In this document: positions 37,164-46,430 of the stretch, one piece after another
How the letters are laid out: every line of letters starts with the position of its first letter
Position numbering within the stretch: the stretch's first letter is position 1
Assembly: GCA_016932255.1 (NCBI GenBank)
Contig: JAFGDE010000009.1
Location: 66,114 to 130,113, forward strand
From: Candidatus Saganbacteria bacterium
GTDB taxonomy: Bacteria > Margulisbacteria > WOR-1 > O2-12-FULL-45-9
Direction of reading: 5' to 3'
Length of the DNA: 64,000 nucleotides
Notes under the pieces: generated by a model
Database searches by the model: none
What the model saw: the letters and a program-made list of their open reading frames with translations, nothing else
What the model was told of the DNA's origin: nothing
Made by a program: the position numbers and the translations under genes

Positions 37164-38288
37164 TTACTCCGCTGTCCTTTTTCGCCTGATCTCGTTGTAC
37201 TTATCCCGGGCCTGGCGGTCGGTCAGGCTGGCGATCCGGTCGATCGTTGATTGCGGATCGTGGCCGAGATGTGCGTTGTAATAATCAAAAAGGGTGTCGA
37301 TGATGTCCGGGATGAAAGCGCAGGCCGATTGGACGAGTTCGCTGCCGATGATCCTCTCGTAATCAAAACGGAAAAAAGCCTGTCGCGCTTCCAGCATGCG
37401 GTCGCTGAGAGTGATGTAGTGCTTGCCACGGCTGGCGGCGACCAGGTCAGCGACCATGATGCCGATCATATCGTCGGGATCGGTCCCCAGGACCTGTTGC
37501 ACGACGACTGGCAGGTCTTCAGGTTTTACTATGCTCATGTTCAGGGCATCAAGATAATCATGCGCCAGATAGACGATGATATCGGTGGAGCGGACAACAC
37601 AGCCTTCAAGAGTGTAGGGCATTTCAGCGTCACTCATCCTGCTCGGGTCGGCCGGGACCTTGCCTGGCTTAAGCACCTCATCAAGTTGTTCGCCGCAGTG
37701 GCAAAGGATGCCGTTGCGCACTTCCGCGGTCAGGTTCTTATTCTCAAGTACATCGACCACGCGCAGGCTGTGGCGGTTGTGGCGGAAAGGCTGCCCCAGC
37801 AGCCTCTGGGCATGGCGGGAGAGGGCTTTTTCGCCGTCATGGCCAAAAGGCGGATGGCCCAGATCGTGGCCTTTGGATATCGCTTCGATCAGGTCCTCGT
37901 TCAGGCCCAGACGGCGGCCAATATCCCTGGCAACGCCGGCGACCTTGTCGACATGGAAGCGGCGATTGTGGATCAATGGACTGCGCGGAAAAGAGAGGAC
38001 CTGCGTTTTGCCGGCCAGCGCGGCAAAATGTTTCATGTACAGTATGCGGTCGCAGTCCCGGGCGTAGATCGTGCGGCTGTCCTCGGTTATTGGCTGCTGA
38101 CGGCCAAGCGACCTGGCGCTGGGCCAGGCATGTTCCGATAAAAGAAGTCTTTCACGGAGCTCCAGCGTACCGCGGTTCAGATTGGCGGAAAAACCGAAGT
38201 AAAGCTGGCCGGCGGTCAGCAGCTGGTCCTTTGTCAGGGTAGTGATCCTTGGAGGAACATAAGGCTTTTTTGTTATCCGTACTGTCAT
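37164..38288 (-). CDS. deoxyguanosinetriphosphate triphosphohydrolase-like HD-domain protein
   Basis: 374 aa. The HDLGHPPFGHDGE motif and an upstream NRRFH histidine are typical of Dgt-like dNTPases. Confidence 0.85.
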   Translation of the reverse strand: MTVRITKKPYVPPRITTLTKDQLLTAGQLYFGFSANLNRGTLELRERLLLSEHAWPSARSLGRQQPITEDSRTIYARDCDRILYMKHFAALAGKTQVLSFPRSPLIHNRRFHVDKVAGVARDIGRRLGLNEDLIEAISKGHDLGHPPFGHDGEKALSRHAQRLLGQPFRHNRHSLRVVDVLENKNLTAEVRNGILCHCGEQLDEVLKPGKVPADPSRMSDAEMPYTLEGCVVRSTDIIVYLAHDYLDALNMSIVKPEDLPVVVQQVLGTDPDDMIGIMVADLVAASRGKHYITLSDRMLEARQAFFRFDYERIIGSELVQSACAFIPDIIDTLFDYYNAHLGHDPQSTIDRIASLTDRQARDKYNEIRRKRTAE

Positions 38289-38346
38289 GGGATTATTTCG
38301 CAGCCTCGCGGCCGGAATTTCATTTTGTCTGATGTATTTTCTGTGT

Positions 38347-38352
38347 TATAAT
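38347..38352 (+). promoter_or_regulatory. extended -10 box (TGtTATAAT) upstream of lysA
   Basis: ctgTGTTATAATcat, lying 17 nt before the ATG at 38370. Confidence 0.4.
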
Positions 38353-38369
38353 CATAAATTGTCATTGAT

Positions 38370-39632
38370 ATGCGTAATCTGCCTGATACAGCGAAAATAA
38401 ATAAACAGAACCATCTGGAAATCGGCGGAGTGGACCTGGTTGACCTGGCCAAAGAATACGGCACGCCTTTGTTCGTGATGGACGAGGCTACGATTCGCAG
38501 CCGCTGCCGCAAATATATCGATTCGTTCCGTAAATATTATCCTAATTCTGATATTGCTTTTGCCTGTAAAGCTCTCTGTGCCGCGGGCGTTATCAAGATC
38601 GTGACCGATGAAGGCCTATGCCTGGACGTTTCTTCGGGCGGCGAGGCTTACACGGCACTAAAGTCAGGCGTTGATCCGAAAAAAATCTATTTTCACGGCA
38701 ATAATAAATCGATAGACGAGCTGAAAATGGCCGTTGAGGCCGGTTTCGGCCGCATTATGGTCGATACCTCCCAGGAGATCAAGAACCTGGATGCTGTGAC
38801 CCGGGAGCTGGGCAGGCGAGCTGAAGTGATGCTCAGGATCAATCCCGGGATCGAAGCGCACACTCACGAGTATATCAAGACCGGACTGATCGATTCCAAG
38901 TTCGGCGTGCCCCGGAACGAGATCGACGAGGCGGTCAGGTTTATCAGAGCTCAAAAGCTGATCAGCCTGGTCGGCTTCCACGCGCATATCGGCTCGCAGA
39001 TCTTCGACACCAAACCGTTCGTTGATGAAGCCAAGCTGCTGCTCGAGTTGACGAAAAGATACGGCACCAAAGAGATCAATCTGGGCGGCGGTCCGGGCAT
39101 CGCCTATCTCTCATCGGACGAGCCGCCGGACATCGAAACATACGCTAAAATAGTCGGCGATGTCCTGCGTGATAAGACCGGCGCCAAACTGGCGCTTGAA
39201 CCAGGACGGTCGATCGTCGGCACGGCCGGGGTAACACTTTACACGGTCGGCGCGGTCAAGGACGTTCCTGATGTGCGCAAATACGTGCTGGTCGACGGCG
39301 GCATGGCGGACAACCCGCGGCCGATATTATACAAAGCGGTCTATGATGCTAAAGTCGCCAATAAAGTTAACGACAAACCGGTCGAAAAAGTCACCATCGG
39401 CGGACGCTTCTGCGAATCAGGCGACATCCTGGTCCGGGATATCAAACTGCCTGAGATCGAGGCAGGCGATCTGCTGGCCGTGCTCTGTACAGGCGCCTAT
39501 AGCTATTCCATGTCCAGCAATTACAACCGCGTGCCGCGGCCGGCCATGGTCCTGGTCAATAACGGCGCGGCCACGCTTATTCTCAAGCGCGAGACCTATG
39601 ACGACCTGATAAGGAACGACATTATCCTATGA
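38370..39632 (+). CDS. lysA: diaminopimelate decarboxylase
   Basis: 420 aa. YGTPLFV, the PLP-lysine region FACKA, GGGPGIAY and CESGD are typical of LysA. Confidence 0.92.
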   Translation: MRNLPDTAKINKQNHLEIGGVDLVDLAKEYGTPLFVMDEATIRSRCRKYIDSFRKYYPNSDIAFACKALCAAGVIKIVTDEGLCLDVSSGGEAYTALKSGVDPKKIYFHGNNKSIDELKMAVEAGFGRIMVDTSQEIKNLDAVTRELGRRAEVMLRINPGIEAHTHEYIKTGLIDSKFGVPRNEIDEAVRFIRAQKLISLVGFHAHIGSQIFDTKPFVDEAKLLLELTKRYGTKEINLGGGPGIAYLSSDEPPDIETYAKIVGDVLRDKTGAKLALEPGRSIVGTAGVTLYTVGAVKDVPDVRKYVLVDGGMADNPRPILYKAVYDAKVANKVNDKPVEKVTIGGRFCESGDILVRDIKLPEIEAGDLLAVLCTGAYSYSMSSNYNRVPRPAMVLVNNGAATLILKRETYDDLIRNDIIL

Positions 39633-40450
39633 CCCTGCCGTTCGTACCATTCGCTATAAGATGGTTTGACCTAGTGGACATCACCGTGGTCGCGGTAATG
39701 ATCTATTACATGCTGCTCTGGCTCCAGGGCACCCGGGCCATCCCGCTGATCCGCGGCCTGGTGCTGGTCCTGCTGATCTATCTGGCCGGCCGCATCCTCG
39801 GTCTTTATACGATCAATTGGTTCTTTGATAAATTTGTCGCTTTGATCGCGGTCATGCTGGTCATTTTATTCCAGCCGGAGCTGCGCCGCACCCTTGAACG
39901 CTTTGGCCGCGGCCGACTGCTGGGCACATTGGGTTTTGCTCCCACGCCGCACGGCAGTTTTTACGTGCGCAACATTGTCCGCGCGGTCGAGCAAATGTCC
40001 GAGGAAAAGGTCGGCGCGCTGATCGTGCTGGAGCGCATGACCGGCCTGACCGAGTATCTGGAATCCGGCGTCAGGCTCGATGCTTTGCTGTCATCCGAAC
40101 TGGTGGTCTCGATCTTTGATCCGCGCTCACCGCTCCATGACGGCGCGATCGTGGTCCAGGGCGAGCGTATCCTGGCTGCCTCATGCCTGCTGCCGCTGTC
40201 AGAATCAAGGTTGTTGGACAAGCGGCTGGGCACGCGGCACCGAGCCGCGGTCGGTATTTCCGAACTGTCTGACGCGCTGGTCATTATTGTTTCGGAAAAG
40301 ACCGGGACTATTTCTCTGGCAGAGAACGGGTATCTCACCAGGTACCTGACCAAGGACCAGCTGGAAGAAAAGCTCTTCTCGCTTTATAAGGTCGAGAAGG
40401 TCAAGAACGAAGGCTGGCCGTTCAACCGTTTCAAGCTATGGAAAAAGTGA
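39629..40450 (+). CDS. cdaA: diadenylate cyclase CdaA (DisA_N domain, membrane-anchored)
   Basis: 273 aa. Three N-terminal TM helices, LHDGAIVV, GTRHRAAVGISE..DALVIIVSEKTGTISLA. Confidence 0.9.
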   Translation: MTLPFVPFAIRWFDLVDITVVAVMIYYMLLWLQGTRAIPLIRGLVLVLLIYLAGRILGLYTINWFFDKFVALIAVMLVILFQPELRRTLERFGRGRLLGTLGFAPTPHGSFYVRNIVRAVEQMSEEKVGALIVLERMTGLTEYLESGVRLDALLSSELVVSIFDPRSPLHDGAIVVQGERILAASCLLPLSESRLLDKRLGTRHRAAVGISELSDALVIIVSEKTGTISLAENGYLTRYLTKDQLEEKLFSLYKVEKVKNEGWPFNRFKLWKK

Positions 40451-41142
40451 CCCTGATAAGTTTGCGGCAGGCAAAACAACGCCGCCGCGGCATCAGTATG
40501 CTGACGGCCTTTGATCATCCGATGGCTGCGATCCTTGATAGTTCGGGTGTTGATATTGTCCTGGTCGGGGATTCCCTGGGCAATGTTGCCTTGGGTTACA
40601 AAAGCACAAGATCAGTCACCATGGCTGATATGGTCCATCATACCAAGGCTGTGGCTAAAGGCGTTAAGCGAGCCCTGCTGGTGGCAGACCTGCCGTACCG
40701 TTCGGTCTCGGTCAAGAACGCGAGGCTGCTGCTCAGGGCCGGAGCGCAGGCGGTCAAGATCGAGGGTTTGAAAGGCGTGCGGCAGATAGTCCGGGCCGGG
40801 ATCCCGGTCATGGGACATCTGGGTTATTTGCCGCAGACCATGAAAAAGCCGAAGGTTCAGAGGTCCGGCGACCTGATCGAACAGGCCAGGGAGCTGGAGT
40901 CGGCCGGAGTGTTCGCCATTACTCTGGAAATGGTCGAACCGTCATTAGCCGCGCAGATCACTTCCGCGGTCAGGGTCCCGACCATAGGCATCGGTTCAGG
41001 TAAATATTGCGACGGACAGGTCCTGGTCACCTATGACCTGCTCGGCCTGAGCCTCTGGTCACCGGGCTTTGTCAGGCCTAAAGCGGATCTGAAAAACGCC
41101 GCGGCTAGGGCGGTTAAAGCTTTTATAAGGGAGAGCAATTAA
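40438..41142 (+). CDS. panB: 3-methyl-2-oxobutanoate hydroxymethyltransferase
   Basis: 234 aa. MLTAFDHPMA, VLVGDSLGNV and VKIEG segments of PanB. It is somewhat shorter than usual. Confidence 0.85.
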   Translation: MEKVTLISLRQAKQRRRGISMLTAFDHPMAAILDSSGVDIVLVGDSLGNVALGYKSTRSVTMADMVHHTKAVAKGVKRALLVADLPYRSVSVKNARLLLRAGAQAVKIEGLKGVRQIVRAGIPVMGHLGYLPQTMKKPKVQRSGDLIEQARELESAGVFAITLEMVEPSLAAQITSAVRVPTIGIGSGKYCDGQVLVTYDLLGLSLWSPGFVRPKADLKNAAARAVKAFIRESN

Positions 41143-41561
41143 TGAGACCCTGTCCGCATAAAATGCATTTCGGCTACGGGGAAAGATATCCTGCCAACCT
41201 GCGCAACCTGACGCAGGACGGCCGTCATCATGGACAGGATTTTTTAACGCCCAAAGGCACGCGGATAATTGCCTGTGTCAATGGCGTGGTCAATTATAAG
41301 GGCTGGCTGAGAGGATATGGACTGACCCTGATAATTAAGTTCTGGGTCAGCGGCAAGACCTATCGTTTGATCCTGGCCCATTTATCGAGGGTCACTACAA
41401 GTAAAAAGATCGGCGAAAAGGTCAAGAAGACCGATATCGTGGCACTGACAGGCGACAGCGGCATGGCCACTGGTCATCCGCACCTTCATCTGGAAGTGCA
41501 GGTGCTCTGGGGCGGCAAGACCTGGCGCGCCGTCAATCCTGGTTTCGTGACCCATTGTTGA
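41142..41561 (+). CDS. M23 family metallopeptidase (minimal, no signal peptide seen)
   Basis: 139 aa. HHGQDF and GDSGMATGHPHLHLEV are the HxxxD / HxH signatures of LytM/M23. Confidence 0.75.
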   Translation: MRPCPHKMHFGYGERYPANLRNLTQDGRHHGQDFLTPKGTRIIACVNGVVNYKGWLRGYGLTLIIKFWVSGKTYRLILAHLSRVTTSKKIGEKVKKTDIVALTGDSGMATGHPHLHLEVQVLWGGKTWRAVNPGFVTHC

Positions 41562-41573
41562 ATAGGCTGAAAT

Positions 41574-41647
41574 GCGCCCGTAGCTCAACTGGATAGAGCA
41601 TCAGTTTCCTAAACTGAGGGTTGAGTGTTCAAGTCACTCCGGGCGCA
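41574..41647 (+). tRNA. tRNA-Arg (anticodon CCT)
   Basis: Manual cloverleaf fold: acceptor GCGCCCG/CGGGCGC, D-arm GCTC..GAGC, anticodon stem TCAGT/ACTGA with loop TTCCTAA, T-arm GAGTG-TTCAAGT-CACTC. CCA is not encoded. Confidence 0.9.
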
Positions 41648-41654
41648 TTTTAGT

Positions 41655-41682
41655 AAATCGAAAATCGATAATCGAAAATAGG
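41655..41682. repeat. tandem heptads AAATCGA AAATCGA TAATCGA AAATAGG just upstream of aroK
   Basis: Read directly from the sequence. It ends 3 nt before the aroK ATG, and no canonical Shine-Dalgarno sequence is present. Confidence 0.65.
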
Positions 41683-41685
41683 ATA

Positions 41686-42192
41686 ATGAATATCATTCTT
41701 GTAGGGTTCATGGGGTCGGGGAAGTCGGCTGTCGGGCATAAGCTGGCTGAAAAGCTGTGCCTGAGCTATCTGGATACCGATCAACTGATAGAGGAAGCGG
41801 CGGGTCTGAGCATTAAACAGATCTTCGCTCAAAAAGGGGAACAGGTATTCCGCGACCTTGAGACAGAGGTTCTGCAAAAGCTCCAGGGCAGTGACGGTCA
41901 TGTCATTGCTACAGGCGGCGGCATGGTCCTGCGGCGGGAGAATGTTGAGTTGTTGAGGAAGCTTGGCCCTTTGGTCCTGCTCTGGGCCGGTCCCGAGGTC
42001 ATTTTTCAAAGGATCAAGGGCCAGACGCACCGGCCTCTGCTTAATGTGCCGGACCCTCTGGTTGAAATAAAAAAGATACTGGCCGGGCGCAAAGCTGTCT
42101 ATGATAAAGTAGCGGATCTCAAGGTTGACACGTCAAAGCTGAATGTGGCCCAGGCGGCCGAAAGGATCGAACAATGGCTCGCATCAAAGTAG
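41686..42192 (+). CDS. aroK: shikimate kinase
   Basis: 168 aa. P-loop GFMGSGKS, DTD and GGG motifs of AroK. Confidence 0.9.
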   Translation: MNIILVGFMGSGKSAVGHKLAEKLCLSYLDTDQLIEEAAGLSIKQIFAQKGEQVFRDLETEVLQKLQGSDGHVIATGGGMVLRRENVELLRKLGPLVLLWAGPEVIFQRIKGQTHRPLLNVPDPLVEIKKILAGRKAVYDKVADLKVDTSKLNVAQAAERIEQWLASK

Positions 42193-43286
42193 AGCTCAAT
42201 GAAAGAAGTTACGATATCATGGTCGGCTCGGGGATACTCAGCGAGCTCGGCCGCATCCTTAAAGGCGAAGGCTTAAGCCGCGAGGTCTTTGTCATTACCG
42301 ATCCGTTGATCAATGACCTCCACGGCGACAAGCTGCGGGCCGGGCTCAAGGGCATCAAGCACGAAGTGCTGGAGGTGCCGCGCGGCGAACGTTATAAGAA
42401 CCTCAAGGTCGCGGCGAAGCTGATCGACGAGCTGGTGCAGCATAGCGCTCACAGGGATTCACTGATCATCTCTTTTGGCGGAGGAGTGATCGGCGACCTG
42501 GCCGGTTTTGTGGCCGCCACTTACATGCGCGGGATCAATTATATCCAAGTGCCGACAACACTTTTGGCCCAGGTGGATGCAGCCATCGGCGGCAAGACCG
42601 GGGTCAATCATCCCAAAGGCAAGAACCTGATCGGTTCTTTTTACCAGCCCAAACTGGTCTACGCTGATATCCAGTGCCTCTCGACCCTGCCGGCCAGGGA
42701 ACTGCGCACAGGCCTGGCCGAAGTGGTCAAATACGGCGTGATTGATGACGCTGATTTCTTTAAGTTCCTCGAGGCTAATTCTCATCACCTCAACACCCGG
42801 GCTTTTGAGGACCAGGACACGCTCCGGGCCTCGCTTAAGGTCTGGCAGACGATCGTGGCCGAATCGGCCAAGATCAAAGCTAAGATCGTGGCCAAGGATG
42901 AGACTGAATCGGGTCTGCGCATGATCCTCAACTTCGGGCATACCGTCGGGCATGCCATTGAAACGCTGACCCGATACAAGGCATATAACCACGGTGAAGC
43001 AGTGGCTATCGGGATGGTCGTGGCTGCCAGGCTGGCTAACCGGCTGCGTTTGCTGGATAATGGATCGGTCGACCGCCTGGTCGGCCTGCTGCTCAAACTG
43101 GGCTTGCCGACCGAAGTCGAGGCCCTGCCGGCTGCCAAGATCGTTAATGCCCTGGGTATCGATAAGAAAGTGCGCGGCGGCAAGGTCCTCTTTGTTTTGC
43201 CTGAGAGTATCGGCAAGGTGGTCATTAGGGACAATGTGTCTCCCAGGGCCCTTGCCAGCGTGCTGCGGGAGATGGGCTGTAAATGA
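42174..43286 (+). CDS. aroB: 3-dehydroquinate synthase
   Basis: 370 aa. [30 protein letters not shown] and GHTVGHAIE motifs. Confidence 0.92.
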   Translation: MARIKVELNERSYDIMVGSGILSELGRILKGEGLSREVFVITDPLINDLHGDKLRAGLKGIKHEVLEVPRGERYKNLKVAAKLIDELVQHSAHRDSLIISFGGGVIGDLAGFVAATYMRGINYIQVPTTLLAQVDAAIGGKTGVNHPKGKNLIGSFYQPKLVYADIQCLSTLPARELRTGLAEVVKYGVIDDADFFKFLEANSHHLNTRAFEDQDTLRASLKVWQTIVAESAKIKAKIVAKDETESGLRMILNFGHTVGHAIETLTRYKAYNHGEAVAIGMVVAARLANRLRLLDNGSVDRLVGLLLKLGLPTEVEALPAAKIVNALGIDKKVRGGKVLFVLPESIGKVVIRDNVSPRALASVLREMGCK

Positions 43287-44452
43287 AAAGCGCTGCTGAA
43301 CAGCTTAAATTGCTAAAACGCGGGACAGTGGAGATCATCCCTGAAGCGGAATTAATAAAAAAACTCCAAAGCGATAAGCCGCTCAAGATAAAGTGGGGTG
43401 CTGATCCATCAGCGCCCGATATCCATCTTGGTCATACGGTAGTGCTGACCAAATTACGCCAGTTCCAGGACCTGGGGCATCAGGTCATTTTTATCGTCGG
43501 CGATTTCACCGCCATGATCGGCGATCCGACCGGCCGGTCCGAGACCAGGAAGCAGCTCAGCAGGGAGGTCGTGGCCGGGAATGCCCAGACTTACCAAAAG
43601 CAGGTATTTAAGATCCTGGATAAAAAACGGACCAAGGTGGTCTATAACTCAAGCTGGCTTGAGAAAATGGACCTGATGGACGTTTTCAAGCTGTCAGCCC
43701 AATACACTGTGGCGCGCATGTTGGAGCGCAAGGACTTTAAAGAGCGCTTCAAGAACGAGGTTGATATCTCGGTACTTGAGTTCATGTACCCGCTGCTCCA
43801 GGGTTATGATTCCGTCCACTTGAGGTCAGATATCGAGATCGGCGGCACGGACCAGAAGTTCAACCTACTGATGGGCCGCACCCTGCAGCAGCGCTACGGC
43901 CAGGAGCCGCAGGTGGTGCTGACCCTGCCGCTGCTTGAAGGCACTGACGGCGTGCAGAAGATGAGCAAGTCGCTCAATAATTATATCGGCATTACTGAAC
44001 CGGCCAAGGAGATCTTCGGCAAGACCATGTCGATCTCGGATAAGCTTATGCTCAGGTATTATGAGCTTCTGACCGACAGCGACTTGAATGAGGTCAGGAA
44101 AATGCATCCTAAAGAGGCCAAGCAGAAGCTGGCCCGCATCCTGGTCAGCCGGTTCTATGATGATAAAGCCGCGGCCGAGGCGCAGAAGGAATTTGAGTCC
44201 GTTTTTGCCAAAGGCAATTTGCCGGAGGAGATGGAAACGGTCCGGTTGATTAATACAAAACCGAAAGCGTCTGATCTGCTGGTCAGTACTGGGCTGGCGG
44301 CTTCAGGCTCTGAGGCCAGACGCATCATTGCTCAGGGTGGCTTCAAGGTCGACGGCGAAACGGTTTCGGATCCGGCTATGGAGATCGATATCTCAAAATC
44401 CAGGGTCTTGCAAAGAGGTAAAAAGAGCTTTAAAAGGGTAGAACAGAAATGA
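43283..44452 (+). CDS. tyrS: tyrosine--tRNA ligase
   Basis: 389 aa. HLGH (HIGH-type) and KMSKS motifs, plus a C-terminal S4-like domain. Confidence 0.93.
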   Translation: MKSAAEQLKLLKRGTVEIIPEAELIKKLQSDKPLKIKWGADPSAPDIHLGHTVVLTKLRQFQDLGHQVIFIVGDFTAMIGDPTGRSETRKQLSREVVAGNAQTYQKQVFKILDKKRTKVVYNSSWLEKMDLMDVFKLSAQYTVARMLERKDFKERFKNEVDISVLEFMYPLLQGYDSVHLRSDIEIGGTDQKFNLLMGRTLQQRYGQEPQVVLTLPLLEGTDGVQKMSKSLNNYIGITEPAKEIFGKTMSISDKLMLRYYELLTDSDLNEVRKMHPKEAKQKLARILVSRFYDDKAAAEAQKEFESVFAKGNLPEEMETVRLINTKPKASDLLVSTGLAASGSEARRIIAQGGFKVDGETVSDPAMEIDISKSRVLQRGKKSFKRVEQK

Positions 44453-45336
44453 AGATCCTGGTCATTGGGGCTGACGGCCAGCTGGGGACGGACCTGGCTA
44501 AGGTCGTGCCAAAAAATGAGTTCGTCGGCCTGACCATTAAGGATATCGATATTACCGACAAGGCGCGCTGTCTGCATGTCATAAAACAGCACTCGCCTGA
44601 TGTGGTCATTAACACCGCGGCCTATCATCACGTTGACAAATGCGAAGATAACGAAGCCCCGGCTTTCGAGGTCAATACGTACGGACCGAAATATCTGGCC
44701 CAGGCCTGCAAGGCGGTCGATTGCGCGCTGGTCCATATCTCGACCGACTATGTTTTTGACGGCAAGAAAGGCAAGCCTTACGTTGAGACCGATGCGCCAA
44801 ACCCCGAATCGATCTATGCTATCTCAAAATACGCGGGTGAGCAGTGCGTTAAATATATACTCGACAAGCATTTTATTGTCAGATCGACCGGTTTATTCGG
44901 CACAGCCGGCTGTTTGGGCAAGGGCGGCGGTAATTTTGTCGAAGGCATGATAAAGCGTTCCCAGACCCAGCCGGAGCTCAAGGTCGTGACTGATGAAATG
45001 CTTTCGCCGACTTACTCACTTGATCTGGCCGGGAATATCAATGAGCTTTGCCGTACGGGCAAGTATGGTACATATCATATGGTCAGTCACGGTCATTGTT
45101 CCTGGTATGAGTTCGCCCTTGAGATATTCAAACAATTGGGCCGTCAGATCAAGATCAATGAGGCCAAGGCGGCTGATTTCAAGCCCCAAGCCAGGCGGCC
45201 CAAGTTCTCCGCTCTGGATAACGCCAATCTGAAAAAGATCGGTCTTGACCTGATGCGGCCCTGGCAGGACGCGCTTAAAGCCTACCTGATCGAAAAGGGA
45301 CACCTGCCTGCCGGTCAGGCAGGCCTGAAAACCTGA
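44449..45336 (+). CDS. rfbD: dTDP-4-dehydrorhamnose reductase
   Basis: 295 aa. GADGQLG Rossmann motif, TDYVFDG and YAISKYAGE (YxxxK). The last 11 codons are supplied by the palindromic element. Confidence 0.88.
   Translation: MKILVIGADGQLGTDLAKVVPKNEFVGLTIKDIDITDKARCLHVIKQHSPDVVINTAAYHHVDKCEDNEAPAFEVNTYGPKYLAQACKAVDCALVHISTDYVFDGKKGKPYVETDAPNPESIYAISKYAGEQCVKYILDKHFIVRSTGLFGTAGCLGKGGGNFVEGMIKRSQTQPELKVVTDEMLSPTYSLDLAGNINELCRTGKYGTYHMVSHGHCSWYEFALEIFKQLGRQIKINEAKAADFKPQARRPKFSALDNANLKKIGLDLMRPWQDALKAYLIEKGHLPAGQAGLKT
45303..45323. repeat. palindromic element CCTGCCTG-CCGGT-CAGGCAGG (copy inside the 3' end of rfbD)
   Basis: Identical to the copy at 19427-19447. It encodes ...[10 protein letters not shown] and leads into the stop, which overlaps the next ATG. 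Confidence 0.75.
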
Positions 45337-46430
45337 TGCGACTGGCCATAGTTCATGATTATCTGAACCAATTCGGCGGCGCCGAGCGGGTCGTTTCCAC
45401 GCTGCACGAGATCTGGCCTGAGGCGCCGATCTATACTTCGATCTATGATCCGGCAGCTATGCCCGAGCAATTCAGCCGCATGGATATCAGGGTCTCTTTT
45501 ATGCAGAACCTGCCGCTGGTCAGGCGCTTCTTCAAGGTTTATTTTTTCCTCTATCCGCTGGCCTTTGAACGTTTTGACCTGAGCGAATATGACGTGATCC
45601 TGTCGTCCAGTTCGGCTTACGCCAAAGGCGTGCGCAAGCGCCCCGGCCAGCTGCATGTTTGCTATTGTCATACTCCGGCCAGGTTCCTCTGGCGCTATGA
45701 CGATTATGTCGCCCGGGAAAACATCCCGGCGGTTTTCCGGCATGTCCTGCCTTTCCTGATCGAGCCGATCAGGCAATGGGACCGGAGCAATTCCGGGCAG
45801 GTCGATCTTTTTGCGGCAAATTCGCAGAATGTGGCCGAGCGCATCCGGCAGACTTACGGGCGGGAATCTGTTATAATTAATCCGCCGGTAGAGAGCGCTC
45901 TGTTCCAGCCGTCGAGCGTTACGCTTGATTATTTTTTAGTGGTTTCGCGCCTGGCGGCTTATAAACGGCTTGATATCGTGATCGAGGCCTTCAATCGCCT
46001 TGGCCTGCCGCTCAAGATAATCGGCAGCGGTTTGGCCAGGCGCCAGCTGGAGAAACTCGCCGGACCGGAGATCGAATTCCTGGGCAGGGTCAGTGAGGCA
46101 CAGCTGGCCAAACACCTGGCTGAATGCCGGGCCCTGATCTTTCCGGGAGAAGAGGACTTTGGCATCGTGCCGCTGGAAGCCATGGCCTCAGGCCGCCCTG
46201 TGATAGCTTATCGCGCGGGCGGGGCGCTGGAAACCGTCATTGACGAAGTGACAGGGATCATGTTCGATGAACAGACGCCGCATTCACTGGAGCTGGCGCT
46301 CAAGCGTTTCCAGTTCGAGAGTTTTGACAAAGCGGCGCTGAGATCTCATGCTGTCGGTTTTGATAAAGAGGTCTTTAAAAGTAAGATCAGGGAGCTGGTC
46401 GAGACCAAGGCAAGGGAAAGGGACCTATGA
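45336..46430 (+). CDS. glycosyltransferase family 4 protein
   Basis: 364 aa. N-terminal IVHDYLNQFGGAERV and the C-terminal GT-B EX7E-like region (PGEEDFGIVPLEAMASG). Confidence 0.85.
   Translation: MRLAIVHDYLNQFGGAERVVSTLHEIWPEAPIYTSIYDPAAMPEQFSRMDIRVSFMQNLPLVRRFFKVYFFLYPLAFERFDLSEYDVILSSSSAYAKGVRKRPGQLHVCYCHTPARFLWRYDDYVARENIPAVFRHVLPFLIEPIRQWDRSNSGQVDLFAANSQNVAERIRQTYGRESVIINPPVESALFQPSSVTLDYFLVVSRLAAYKRLDIVIEAFNRLGLPLKIIGSGLARRQLEKLAGPEIEFLGRVSEAQLAKHLAECRALIFPGEEDFGIVPLEAMASGRPVIAYRAGGALETVIDEVTGIMFDEQTPHSLELALKRFQFESFDKAALRSHAVGFDKEVFKSKIRELVETKARERDL

Noticed and set aside
41574-41647. tRNA-Arg as a possible integration hotspot for a genomic island
   Set aside because: There is no integrase, no direct repeat of the tRNA 3' end and no compositional shift nearby. 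The flanking genes are housekeeping.
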